This document shows positions 12,968 to 25,460 of a stretch of 64,000 nucleotides of DNA, in pieces. The DNA is from Dimorphilus gyrociliatus (Eukaryota; Animalia; Annelida). Made by a program: the position numbers and the translations under genes. The notes under the pieces were generated by a model. That model did no database searches. It was not told the DNA's origin and was given only the letters and a program-made list of their open reading frames with translations. Location of the stretch: NCBI GenBank assembly GCA_904063045.1, contig CAJFCJ010000001.1, positions 3,100,001-3,164,000 of the forward strand, read 5' to 3'. Every line of letters starts with the position of its first letter. Positions within the stretch are counted from its first letter, which is position 1.

Positions 12968-13518
12968 GGACACAAGAATAAAACTACAACTAGAGACACC
13001 TGTTGCAAAAAAATATTTAAATGATTCACAAAACGAAAGTAAAATAAGAAATTACATACGTTTACATAAACTATCAATTGTTTTATACTAATGTAATTAT
13101 TGCAGTTATAAAATATTCAGAATGTATCTTAGACATTTCCTGCCACGGTTAATTTAAACACGTAGTACTAATTGATTTTGTGATGACATCTGGCAATGCA
13201 TTTAAATATATCAATATAGCAAATGTCGTTTTATACCCTATAAAAGACTATTTCTTGAATATTTCATCAGTTATAAACATTTCTTGAAATAGTACATTCT
13301 ATTATTTCATTCAATTTTTTTCAAAGATTTTTCACTTTAAGGAGATATATCAACCTTTTCCCCCTCTCCCATCTCTATTGTTATAAGAGATCTTCAAAAA
13401 GACTGATTGTAATTCAACATCTCCTTGATAGATTGTTTTTTTTGTCTTTTTCTAGTTTTTCTATTATTCTTTTATTACGATAGAATAAACTATAATAGAG
13501 AGAAGATAAAAGAAAAAA

Positions 13519-14669
13519 ATGATTAAACTATTTCTCTATTTCGTTTTCTTCTCTCTGCTCAAGACAAGTTTTGCTCCTCCACCTGGAAAATTAGATAAAT
13601 ATGGTAGATATTATTTTAATATATGATATGGAAAGAGCCCTTACTCTTCCTGTAATTATACTAGGACCATGTATTGGAATGGATTGCTTGCATGGTGTTT
13701 TAATGCATAACGATGAAAAAGATGGTGATAATCACGCACTAGAGGATAAAGTCAAAAGAGAAGAAGATTCGGCAGCGGATACTGGTCAAAGTACGATTCT
13801 TTTCAATAATTTTACTTACTTTTAGAACATGGCTGTATTTTTTTTATAAATAATTAGAGGGACCCGGCAAAGGTGGAGACTCTGGTTTACATGGTGTCCT
13901 AATGCACGGGGATGAAACGCCTGATAAAGAGCATAGCCATAATAAATTTGGTCCAGTTGAAAAATCAAGAAAAGAAGGTCCAGGTTTAAATAAGGACGAA
14001 CAGATTGATGGCATAATCAATAATCAAGAAACCGAAGAAGATAACTCAAATCATAAAAAAGGACATCACGCTGAACCGTGTTTCGATCAAGATTGCGACA
14101 CTTTTAAGGATAAAAATGAAGATAATGATTCGGAAAGCGGTAATAAAGTTAGAAAGGTACAAAATGCAAAGAAGCATGTATCAAAAACTTTCGATCCAGA
14201 TTCATTACTCCATGGATCGGGTCATGATCACCATTCTGATGAGCATAATACAAAAATGAAAAAGAACACTGCCGTTAAATTTATATCTTCAGTTCAAGAT
14301 CCTCATCATATAATTCATAATGAAGAAGTAGGCAAAGTTCCTGAAATTGATAAAAAAGATTACGAAGAGTGGAAAACTAAGGAAAAGGCTAAAGAGAAGG
14401 AGGAAGAAAAGGGAATACTTCAAAGATTTAGTCTTGGTTTCATTAGTGATTCCTTCCTGTCCGATATAGAGGCTTTAAAGAGAAGATATTTACCTAAATA
14501 TTGGACTCAAGACACAGTAACAAAAGACAAAAGAGAAAACAAAGAGACAGGAAAGACGAATGACAAAGTAGACCACATGCAAGAGGATATGATGTTAGTC
14601 GGTGGAACTCATCAATTAAAAAAACAATCAACACACGAAATACCAAAAAAAGTTCATGATGAAGAATGA
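13519..14669 (+). CDS. Secreted His/Asp/Glu/Lys-rich low-complexity protein
   Basis: Exon 1 13519-13603 encodes signal peptide MIKLFLYFVFFSLLKTSFA; phase-1 introns join exon 2 (GPCIGMDCLHGVLMH..) and a long exon 3 ending at the stop at 14669. Confidence 0.75.
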
Positions 14670-15333
14670 TTGGTTAAACTTGCGAATTGATACGATTCTA
14701 TTTAAAGAAAAAGGAGTGACTATATCAACTTTGTAGGCATAATTTGAACACATTCGTTACCCAAAATAAAAAATGGTATTTATTACTAATAATCTGTCTA
14801 TTTATGCAATCTTTAATACTGAAATTTTGTTTCAAATAGGAAATTTTTTCAAAATTATGTCTTTGTCAGTTCAGTATAGGTAGCTATCAGTTTGTAGACC
14901 ATAAAATATAAAGACTCTCAGTTTCATGGCAGCCTTTTCCAAACAACGAGATGTTGATGTCTAAACGTATGTTATGATAAGGTATACGGTATACTCTACC
15001 AAAAATGTTTATAGTAGGACGGCAGCAAATGAAACTGGGAATGGTTATAGCTCAGCATTATTAATCTTTTTTGTTGTTTAACTAGCACAAGATTAATTTT
15101 ATTTATTAAGAGTATTTATCTATGACAATTTTATTATGGTACTACTGCGCATGCGTCAAAAAAACTTTTTTTTCTACTTTCGTTTGGGCTGGTTATGTTC
15201 ATTTATCTTGCAATCTTTTCTTATTTTTTATATTTAATACATGAATAAATACTAACATTCTTAATAGATAAACAATTGTTAAAAACAAAAAGTAAAACTG
15301 TTGATAAGGTAAATATTAAATGCTATGACCGTT

Positions 15334-16273
15334 TCATTCATTTGAAGGGTAAATATCTAAAACTTTAGTGTCTTCATAACTTTCCGCTGGCAAAGTGACT
15401 TCTCTTATGGGAAGAAAATCAGAAAAAAGTTCATTAGCTTCGGAATTATCTGATCTTGAATGACTTATTATACTTTCATCATATTCATCTTGTATCTTGA
15501 AATTATAAGTAATATTAGAAAAATGTATTTAAAACTTTAATTAAGAAAATATAGATTACATTTCTTTGTTGGAGAATAATGTCTTCAATATTTTTTTCTA
15601 TTATAGGCTCTAAATTATTTTGCGTTGCTGAAATATATTCTGTTTGTTGAACTGTTAGGCATGTCAATATATTTTAGTAGTTATATCAATAGAAAATTTG
15701 AAAATAGAGCATGATAAAAATTAGATAAAGGTCTGAATCTGAACTAACCTGGATCATACATGTATATCTTACAGGAAAAAAACAATTTTGTACAAGAAAC
15801 ACATGATTTCATATTGCTTATTGTATGCTCTTTCTCTTTAAATCTTTTAAATTGATAATACTTCATTACAGCACAATAGAGTGTACCAATGCTTAGGATA
15901 ATGGATACACTTGCAAATATAATAATTGCTTCTTGATTAGTTACTTTGCCCTAGTAAAATTATTATTAATCTAAAATCATTTAGAAATTTAAATGAAAAA
16001 CTTGGAAATTAGCGGAAGAAATTTTTGCAGATCCCGTCACGTTAGTGTTGTTATCATAAACATTGGAACATTTCCTCACTAGAAAAGAGTTAGAATGTTC
16101 ATTTGAAGTGAATATGATCTATAAAAATTATACTTACTAAAATTTGGACAGAATGTAGGGCAGTCATAATAACTATTTGCGTATGACGGATTGCATAAAG
16201 TAATGCATTTTTGCTTTTTTTCAGTTGCAGGATCCAAATATTCTCTATTTTTGCAAAAATTGTCATTTAGCAT
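15334..16273 (-). CDS. TNF-receptor-like type III membrane protein, paralog 2
   Basis: MLNDNFCKNREYLDPATEKKQKCITLCNPSYANSYYDCPTFCP; TM exon EAIIIFASVSIILSIGTLYCAVMKYY; terminal exon ..DFLPIREVTLPAESYEDTKVLDIYPSNE*. Middle cytoplasmic exons are uncertain. Confidence 0.7.
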
Positions 16274-17120
16274 TGCAAAATAAAGCAGAATTCTTGTTTA
16301 TGTTTATCATTGACTCATTTCCGTTTCCGATTTAACCGCCTATTTATTAATATTTTTTGTAAACAGTACAATACATTATTTAGCAAAATAAACAAAATGG
16401 ATTACGTAATCAATATATTAAAATCAAACAATTACATTCGTTATCTTCTGCCTTGATAGAACACATAGCTGTAAAATAGTAAATGAGCGAAAATAGAGTG
16501 ATTGTCCATGAACGTTGATTCGTTTAGAACGACATGTGGTTTTGGCGGAAAAATTCAAAAAGTGTATGTTCAAATTCTAGGATATTTCAAATGCAATAAC
16601 AATGGCCTAATACTTGTATTATTGGCATAACATTACCAAATGTAGATACATTGAATATAGCCTATTTCTATTGCTTATAGTATAGCAACAGGCAACGTAG
16701 TCCTACTTTTAGTTGCACTATTTACCGGTCTCTCCGTAAACAATACCAGCGGCATACTAAGGCAGAGAAAAGAAATTAAATTTTAATGAAAAGGAAGAAA
16801 GAATCGCAAATATTGTAATAGTCTTTAAAGGGAAAAAGTCAATTTCTCTCCGCCATAGAAGGCATGATCAAATAAAGAGTCTAATATGCTTTTCCTTTCC
16901 TTTTTTCATATTTTATTAATAGTTTGTTTATATTAAGCTAAGAATCAAGAATTCAGCGATTTGTGTAAACAATATTCAAGAAAATGGGATTATCGATTGA
17001 GAAAGTATTAATTCTACACAGGGAATAACTTTTCCGAAACATAGACTATGATTTATTGTAAACATGGAATGGTGTAATGAAATTTCTCTTTTGCCTAGTA
17101 TTCAAAACCAATGAGTTTAT

Positions 17121-18660
17121 TTATGATTTTGTAGATTCAAGCTTTAACATTTCTGTAATTCTTAAAGGTTTTACCTTATGTTTACGTTGTCGAACCCATA
17201 AAATTATTGTTTTCATGAATGCATCACTTAATTCAAAAATTGTTAAAATGGTTGCTCCAAGCATCAATCCAAAAGCTCCACCGATATCACAGAATAATGC
17301 TAATACATTATAAGCGGGATGTTCTTTCGAATCCATTGTTGTTAGTTTTGAGAAAAAAATGACCACAGTACAGTAATTGTCAAAAAGTTCTCTTTCAGAT
17401 ATTTTATGGTATTCGGCGATGGCTTGTGCGTAAAATGTACTTGCTCTTGCGTGCGTCGTGAACACTTCATATTGTACAGTTTTGCATTCCGATTTGCAAG
17501 CACAATCTTTATGCAGTTCAGTTTCCATAAATTTATCGACAGCACGTTCTGCGCATAAGATACCAATCGGGGAGCACACGCTGGCATTGGTTGTCATATA
17601 GATTTGACGACATTTACAGCTTTTGACGACAAACTGGCTAAGACAGTGTAATAAACAATATCTCCTTTTGTATGTGATGTCATCTTGGCAAGTTCCGTAC
17701 GGCGATGGTAGGGCACTTATAGACTTTTTTGTTGCCTCCATCGAGTATATTTGTCCAGGACCTATTGATAAAGATTGTTCTATCATAAGAGGGATTTCAT
17801 CTTTTTCGTGAACAAGAATCTGCAAAAAAATAACATCAAGAGATTTTCATAATGCTATTTAAACGAATAAATATGTAGAATGTACCCTATAACCAGCTCC
17901 AGGTGAATTGGGGGCTAAATATTCATCTTGATGAACAGCTAATCTCATATTTAATCCGTCATCAACTCCTACGTTTGATACTTTGGGTAAATTAGTGGCA
18001 TCGAACTGAATACACCAGCCCATGTTTGTAGCAACATATTTAAAGTATGATGAACAATTTTGTCCTTTATATAGGCACTTAAAAGATAGTTGACACTATA
18101 TGTTATATAACTGTATATTTACTATAAAATAAGAAAAGCTTACTTCTCCTACTATATCTTGCATATTAAATGATAATTCTTTGTAAATAACATTCCAATC
18201 TTCTTTAACATTCTTTATAAATGTAAGTTCTTCTTCTGTATAATTAAATACCGAAGTGTCGTCTACATAGTTCTTTATAGGGCTCCATAATTTATAAAAT
18301 ATTCCATGTAAATCTATATTTTAAGTAAGTTCTTCATTTTTTTTAAAAAAACAAACATACAAATAAAGAAAATAAAAAAATATTACTTTTTTTCACCGCT
18401 TTTGAAGAAGCAATGCGATTTTCGTTACAGATGGTAACTAATGGAAACGACAAAGAATCATGCTCTATCACTTGAATCTTTGTTACTGTATCATACTTCA
18501 TATAATATTTAATTCTATCAGTTATTTGATAGCAGAGAAACCCAGTTGAGAATAGAATTAAAGAAAACCACACTAGTCTTCTTATAGTTGACACATTCTT
18601 AGAAAGAACAATATTTAATCCAACAATAGATATGCTATCAAACAACTGAGAAATTAACAT
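17121..18660 (-). CDS. DEG/ENaC (ASIC/FaNaC-like) ion channel subunit
   Basis: Four phase-consistent exons; TM1 RRLVWFSLIL, FPLVTICNEN, Cys-rich thumb (CLLHC..CKC..C..C.C...C), TM2 DIGGAFGLMLGATILTIFEL. Confidence 0.92.
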
Positions 18661-19559
18661 GTTAAACTATTAGATTGAAATTATTAGTCGATTAATAACC
18701 TTCAGAGAGTTATTAAAGACTAAAGTGAAGAATATACATGTAGGAGGTATATACAAGAGCTTTAACAACTACAAATGGAATATTTTCAAATGGAGGATGA
18801 TAAATAATTTAAAGCTTGTCTAATGTTGATTATTAATTATTTATGTATCGTTTTCAATCATATTAGTCTCTTCGTTAATAGCAATAATAAAAAATATTTG
18901 CATAAAATGAACGAATTTCCTATTAAAGAAGCTTAAAAAACGTTAAAAAACACAAATAGCTATATATAAATTACTATAAATCATTAATATAAAAGTAATA
19001 TATCTTTATGTAGTATTACACAATTTTCTTCTTTCAATTCTTTAACGGATATTTATTCCTATGAATTATGGACGTGAAAGCTAAATTTATTCGAGTTTAA
19101 ATGACTTGAAAGCACTTTTAGCCTTCATAGATTTAGGATAATTATTAATAAATAAAATATATTTTATGACTCATATGCATAGTTTTATTCTTGTAATCAA
19201 ACAAACTCTTTCGTAGGAGATAGCGGGGTGATTTTTCGCATTGATGAAAGTTATGTGCAGTATTTCGATAGGTTTATTTAGGCTTAGAGGGTGGTTTTGT
19301 TTATATATGTATTAAAATGTAAGCAATAGGATAAATTATATGTACAAAAAAGAAACATAGACAAATAAAGTAATAGTAATATACTATAGACGTATTATTC
19401 ATATTGTAGATCTCATTTCCATATATTACAGTAAAACAGTATTAAAACTCTCTTTTTTTTCCGCCCCTCCAAAAACCCCTCAACGCAGTAAGTTAACATT
19501 GCTCAGTTGTCTTATAGCCAACTTACAAGTGAAAAAGTTTTTGATTAAAAGTGATACAA

Positions 19560-20480
19560 ATGGCAAGAAGTAATTTTGAACTGGTTGAAAGTGAAGTCAG
19601 AAAGCCGTCTTGCATATGTTTTAGACGGTGGAAAATTATTTTTCTTTGCTTAGGACTTTTAGTGGTTAGCTATTCATTAATAATAGGACTTAAGTTTGGT
19701 GTTTTTGACAAGTTTGTTGGGCCAAATTATCGTAATAATGGCAATAATAATTTTTCGAAAAGTGGTATTGATGACAAACTTAATAAAAATGATAGTAATG
19801 AAGAAATTACTACACTCTTAACAACGCCCCCTGGTACCGTTGGTATTGATGATATCAAAAATCCACCTACTGCAAATCCCTCTACGAATACGACGAAGGA
19901 GGATCTTGCTACAAAACTAACAGCTCAAACTTCACAAAATATCACAACAAATTTACCTAATAATACTTTGACGTCGGTAAACCCCACTCAAACTGTACTC
20001 GTTAACTCTTCTATTAATTCTAGTAATTCGACAATACCTGATAATGGCAAGAAAGCTACCAAACAGGAAAGTAAAGCTGCCGAAAGCACAACAGAAAGTA
20101 TCCTTACTACAAAGACTGAGAGATCTCTCAATAATTCAGACGATTCGTTTGGACAAGCTGGGTCGAAGAATACGTCTTCTACCAAACCTACTGAAATCTC
20201 GACAGCAGAATTATCTAATTCTTCACTAACGTCTTCTCAAGACAAAACTTCAACTACAAAGGTAAACGAAATAGAAACAACATCAACAAAAATAGGAGAA
20301 ACATCAAAAAAAGAATCAACAATAACGACACAGTCAAATAAGAATACTTTACCAACATTATCACCATCATCATCAGATGATACAACTATATCTTCGACTG
20401 CAACTACTCAAAACAATGAGGCAATAACCTCATCAAATTCTGGACAAATTAAAACAAGTTCAAAAAGTAATAACAACTAG
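19560..20480 (+). CDS. Type II single-pass membrane protein with Ser/Thr/Asn-rich mucin-like ectodomain
   Basis: Single ORF: short cytosolic N-terminus, hydrophobic IIFLCLGLLVVSYSLIIGL, then about 250 aa S/T/N-rich sequence with many NxS/T sequons. Confidence 0.7.
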   Translation: MARSNFELVESEVRKPSCICFRRWKIIFLCLGLLVVSYSLIIGLKFGVFDKFVGPNYRNNGNNNFSKSGIDDKLNKNDSNEEITTLLTTPPGTVGIDDIKNPPTANPSTNTTKEDLATKLTAQTSQNITTNLPNNTLTSVNPTQTVLVNSSINSSNSTIPDNGKKATKQESKAAESTTESILTTKTERSLNNSDDSFGQAGSKNTSSTKPTEISTAELSNSSLTSSQDKTSTTKVNEIETTSTKIGETSKKESTITTQSNKNTLPTLSPSSSDDTTISSTATTQNNEAITSSNSGQIKTSSKSNNN

Positions 20481-20549
20481 AAAAAAAAATGAGATGAAAT
20501 TAAAATATTTTACATAATTCTAGGCAAATTAAAAAAAAAGAGTATATTC

Positions 20550-20587
<38 letters not shown>

Positions 20588-20901
20588 GTTTATAAGAACA
20601 TCCTTGGTCGTTTCTATTTTAGTTTTCTTATTATAAAACAAAACAAAATACTTAAAAAAAACACTATTTTTTCTTTTTTGTGTTAGATATTTTAAGTGCC
20701 ATTTTCTCTGTCTTTTTATTCTTCATTTTTGTACTATTTCTCATTGTTCCTTTAGTGTTAATCATTGATGGTATCATGACGGAGTTTGACAAACAAAAAT
20801 ACAAACCTTTTAATGAAAATAATTAGTGTTCTTAGTCTATTTTTATCCAGTAGCAATTGTCTTTCTTCGCTAGATTTACTGCTCTTATTATTGTTTGTTT
20901 T

Positions 20902-20904
<3 letters not shown>

Positions 20905-20942
<38 letters not shown>
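20905..20942. repeat. (CT)n microsatellite
   Basis: Direct reading. Confidence 0.95.
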
Positions 20943-20946
<4 letters not shown>

Positions 20947-23537
20947 CTATCCCCTTTACCTCACCTCTTTCACCCCTTTTTGTCATTCATTACATACACA
21001 TTTGCTAAAGTGATGTAACATAAGCCTATAGCATTTTTTGAAAGAGACAGTATGCTCTAATTAACATAAATATTATTTACAAAAATATAATCTATTGTAA
21101 ACATTGAAAAATCAACTTTAACTAGATGATTTTTCTATATTTTGGATTAAACTATATAAAATATTTCACAATATAAGCGTAATTAAGAAGGTTAGCAGCT
21201 AATCAGCAATGCAGGTGAGTAAATATACTTCCTGCCAAAATTGAGGATAACACATGATGAAATTTTTATATTATATTCATGAAAATAGTCTATCGCCAAT
21301 GAATGAAAGCACTATTGGATGAAATATGATAATTTACCTGTTCTTTTGTACTTGATAAATGCATTTGTATATGAATTACTAATATCATATATATTTTATT
21401 CAATATTACTTGACTATCTTACTGATAATTGCCTCTAAAGTTAGAAATAAATATAAATAAATGTAGAATAAAAATCATATTCTCTGTAATATACAACATA
21501 CTTTTTATATTACTTAAAAAGGTATATATAATTATATTTTCTTTCTTTTTTTTACATACATTTAAAACCTCCTTTACACTTTTTTAGCTCAAACATAGAA
21601 CGAATACAAAAAAAGTCTTTTAAAAAAGTCATAGAAAAAAGGTCAATGATCTGTGAAATCGTATTTTTAATAGAAATTTGTTTACAGGTTGAACAAGTAC
21701 GAAAAATTTCTATAGATTTTGTATATAAAATATTACATTTATGCAGTATTTAGGCCTAAATATAAATATAGTATATAATTGAAGCTCTTTACCATCTTAC
21801 TGAAATTGCTTTTTAAATTTTAGCTTTATCTAACTATCTATCCATCCATCTGACTAGCTGTCTATCGATTAATCCTCTATCTATCTATCTATATCTTCTT
21901 CTACATCTTTCTTCATTTCTATTTTTCCTTTCCATTTACCTTTATTTCGATTATTGAAAGGAGAAAGAAGGAATATTTTTTAGGAATTTTATCCCCTTCC
22001 TCTTCTATTTGTAAATTGTTTATTTTTACATTCTACGGAATTATATCTTTAAAAACCATAATAGACTGGAGAATAGATCGATATATGAAGTAGATATATA
22101 CCAAAAAATATGGTTATATTTGTTATTTTCTAAGCTTATATTAATATCCTTCCGTGTCAACCTTTTAATTCGTTAACTATGTTTACGTTAATTTCCTTCA
22201 TAGTATTTCCTTTGTTATCTGATTAATTATTTAATGCTTATGACGTAAAACCAAGTAAAAATATACAGCTATGAAGAAAATGAAAATATGACGAAGTTGC
22301 AATATAAGGCAAAAAATTTATTCGTAGGTGTGGTCATTGTCCGAATTCTAGAGCTAGTAAATGGAGCTTTACCCTGCAAATTACTATCTACGAGAATAAG
22401 TTTAAAAATAGAAAAGAAACCAACAACACACAAACAGCATACAACCGGGAAAAAAATGATAGAATCTACATGGGAAGTTTGTAGAAATAGATTATAAGAG
22501 AGTATTCAATATAAGGCATAATAGTTAGTTGATATTTTATTTTAGAATGTTGAAGAATTTCAATTAAAGTACTGAATATAATTCTTAATATTGAATTGTC
22601 AATAACAAATATTAATAGCATGTGTAATTCTATCTAGTTTAGCTTTTTTGCATTCTCTCTTCTTATCAGTTGAAATATTTCCTATTCTCTATTAATTTAA
22701 AAGAGGAAGAGAAAATGAGAAAAGTTTATTTCGGTAAATATTCACTATTGAATATACAGTATACTGTTTATTTATAAATTATTCCAATGAGATCTAGATT
22801 TGATTTGATATTGCTTCTCATTCAATGTGACAAGAGAGATGCTGCAAATGGAAGAGAAGTTGGACAAATAGAAAAGAAAATTCTTTTAACTTTTCTTTTT
22901 TCGTTACCGTGTTACCATTTCTGTCTATCTATCTATTTGTCACTGCTTCTCTGTATCTCTGCATGACTTTTAACACAGTGAAAAGATATTATGAAAAGAA
23001 TTTGAATAGACGCTATTAAATTACAACATTTCATTATCCAGCTAATTTGTTCTGTGCTTGTGGGTGGATGTGTGTGTGTTTTTTTTTTTTGCTTCTTTAA
23101 AACAATGAGAAAAATAGGCTACATTAACAAATATGATATATAGATAGCATTTAAAAACATGAACCAAATACGAGAAAAAAAAAACAAAAATAATATACAC
23201 GAAGGCGAAAAATATAAATATACTTATATAGTAATTGTTTATAGAAATATTAAAAAGAGAGTGTTTATCATGTTAAAAAATTGCTTTTATTTAAAAGAAG
23301 AACAAGAAAAAGAGAACATAGAAACATTATTATAAAAAAAAACTAACAAAAATTAAAAATACAGAGATAAAACAACAACCAACAAAATAAACAATATTTT
23401 ATATAATTTATATAATTTACAGTGTTGACTAATTATTGAAATGCTTCTTCCTTTTTTATATATTTCGACTTAAATGTTAATGTTGACTTGAATATCCTAT
23501 TAAAAAATTCTATATTATATAATAAACGACTCTAATA

Positions 23538-25460
23538 CTATTTTTGAATAGCAAAATAGGGATTACATATTTTTTTATATTTTTCAATTATGCTAAACCA
23601 TTCATAATCATTCTCTTCGTATTTACAACCATATATATATAAATCATTGAGCAATGGTGTAGCTGAATTGTATCTTTCAATAAATTGATAAACTTTAGCC
23701 AATTCGTTAGCTGTTATAATGTTTGTATGGTATTTTTCTTGTATATGAATATTCAAGTGTTTTTTGCTAATGCCTGAGACTACGTTTTCAAAGAAATACC
23801 TTAAAAGTTCAATAGCAGCTTTGTATATTATTGTCGAATGAGTTGTAAGAACGAATAATTCTAGATGATCTAACTTGAATAGAACAAACAATAGAGAATT
23901 GAAAGTATTATAGAAATTATTACACATCGAAGTTAAATGAAATGTTGTGAGATTTGTTAAATTTTCAAAATTCTTATGATTGAATTGCTTAATTGGAATC
24001 ATGACAATATTTTTTAAATTATCCAAATTATGATTGACATTATCACTAAATGGAATTTCTATATTTGACCAACTGTTACTATTTAAAAATTGTAGATTTT
24101 GTAAGCTTCTATTTAGTTTCAATTTACCTAAAATTCTTTCATTTTGACTCTGTTGGCTTATATCACAGAAATATAGACTTTTTAAATTTCCCTTAGGTTC
24201 TTCCATATCATCCAAATCGATATTTGATATAAATGTAAAATTTAATAATCTTAATGATTCTAAGGTTTTTATATTTAATAGTTTAATAAATTGAGTTAAT
24301 GGAAATGAAAAGGAATAACCAATTTTCATAAGAGAAAGAGACTTAAATCTTGAATTCCATTTTGTATCTTTCAGTATTTTATCAATGATATTTTTGAAAA
24401 TGACTTCGTTACCGTTCGAATAGATAGCTAACTCTTTAAAGAACAAGTTGGGACTATTTAATGAATATTCGTAAGTGAGATCGTATTGCCATTTTTCAAA
24501 TGTCATTAAACTTATAGGTTTCTTAATTTTTCTAATAGTTTGAAGGATATTTAAGAAGATATCTTTGAAATTCTTTATCATATCATTTTCGTTCTTAGTA
24601 TCCAAATGTATATTTAAACCAAACCAGTTCAGTGTTCGCCTACGAGCCAAGAGAACTTGCAGTAAACTATTCGTAAATTGTTGAAATTCCACTTCGAAAT
24701 TACTCAAGTAATAATCTTCATCTTTGAATTTAGCATAGATATAGATATTTTCCAGATGATTCATATTTATCATTAACGTCGTTAGACGGTCATTTTTTAT
24801 AAAAAATTTCGTCTTGTTATTTAAATAGAATGATATATTTTTACAATGCGATAAAACCGATTGTAGGAATTGTTCTTTATTGAAATGATCGCTATAGTAA
24901 ATTGTATCTTTTTGAATAGTTTCCCTCTTTCTAACGGCGGAATAATCGCTTATAAAGTAGAATTTTTCAAAGTAATTCTCGTTAAATAGTTCATCGGAAA
25001 CGGCTAGGTAACGCTTTACTGTAAAGTCAAATATGATTTGTTTGTAGTCGGCATCTTTACATTCGTAGTTTAATTCTTTCAAATGTCTAGTATAAATACT
25101 AAATATATCTTGAGAAGATAGATCTGAAGAGAATACTGGAAAATGATCGCATAGCGGTAAAGAATTTTTTATCCTTAAAAAATGACTTTTCCAAAATTCT
25201 GTCAAGTCTGTTGACGTTTCTTCCAAATCCTTTAACTCTTGTATAACAAAGGCCAAAGGCATAAAAGGTAACAAGATTTCAATGACGGAGAATGGAAGAT
25301 TTTTCAAAATTTTCAAGTATATGTGAACATGTTTGGCCATACGAATTGAACATAAAGTCTTTAAACTATCGACTAATGAGGTAGCCAAATAGATATTATT
25401 TCTTGCTGATAGAAAAAGATTTTCTTGAGAAGAGTCATTCTTATCTAACCAATTTGACAT
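23538..25460 (-). CDS. BC-box/cullin-box leucine-rich-repeat protein (LRRC41/PRAME/ZYG11-type architecture), paralog 1; CDS intronless
   Basis: 640-aa ORF; SLKTLC (BC box) followed by LKNLPFSVIEILL; degenerate LxxLxL repeats in the C-terminal half. Confidence 0.7.
   Translation of the reverse strand: MSNWLDKNDSSQENLFLSARNNIYLATSLVDSLKTLCSIRMAKHVHIYLKILKNLPFSVIEILLPFMPLAFVIQELKDLEETSTDLTEFWKSHFLRIKNSLPLCDHFPVFSSDLSSQDIFSIYTRHLKELNYECKDADYKQIIFDFTVKRYLAVSDELFNENYFEKFYFISDYSAVRKRETIQKDTIYYSDHFNKEQFLQSVLSHCKNISFYLNNKTKFFIKNDRLTTLMINMNHLENIYIYAKFKDEDYYLSNFEVEFQQFTNSLLQVLLARRRTLNWFGLNIHLDTKNENDMIKNFKDIFLNILQTIRKIKKPISLMTFEKWQYDLTYEYSLNSPNLFFKELAIYSNGNEVIFKNIIDKILKDTKWNSRFKSLSLMKIGYSFSFPLTQFIKLLNIKTLESLRLLNFTFISNIDLDDMEEPKGNLKSLYFCDISQQSQNERILGKLKLNRSLQNLQFLNSNSWSNIEIPFSDNVNHNLDNLKNIVMIPIKQFNHKNFENLTNLTTFHLTSMCNNFYNTFNSLLFVLFKLDHLELFVLTTHSTIIYKAAIELLRYFFENVVSGISKKHLNIHIQEKYHTNIITANELAKVYQFIERYNSATPLLNDLYIYGCKYEENDYEWFSIIEKYKKICNPYFAIQK

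Noticed and set aside
16480-16790. Short open segments including a TM-like IATGNVVLLLVALFTGL frame
   Set aside because: No phase-consistent exon chain with a start codon could be built.
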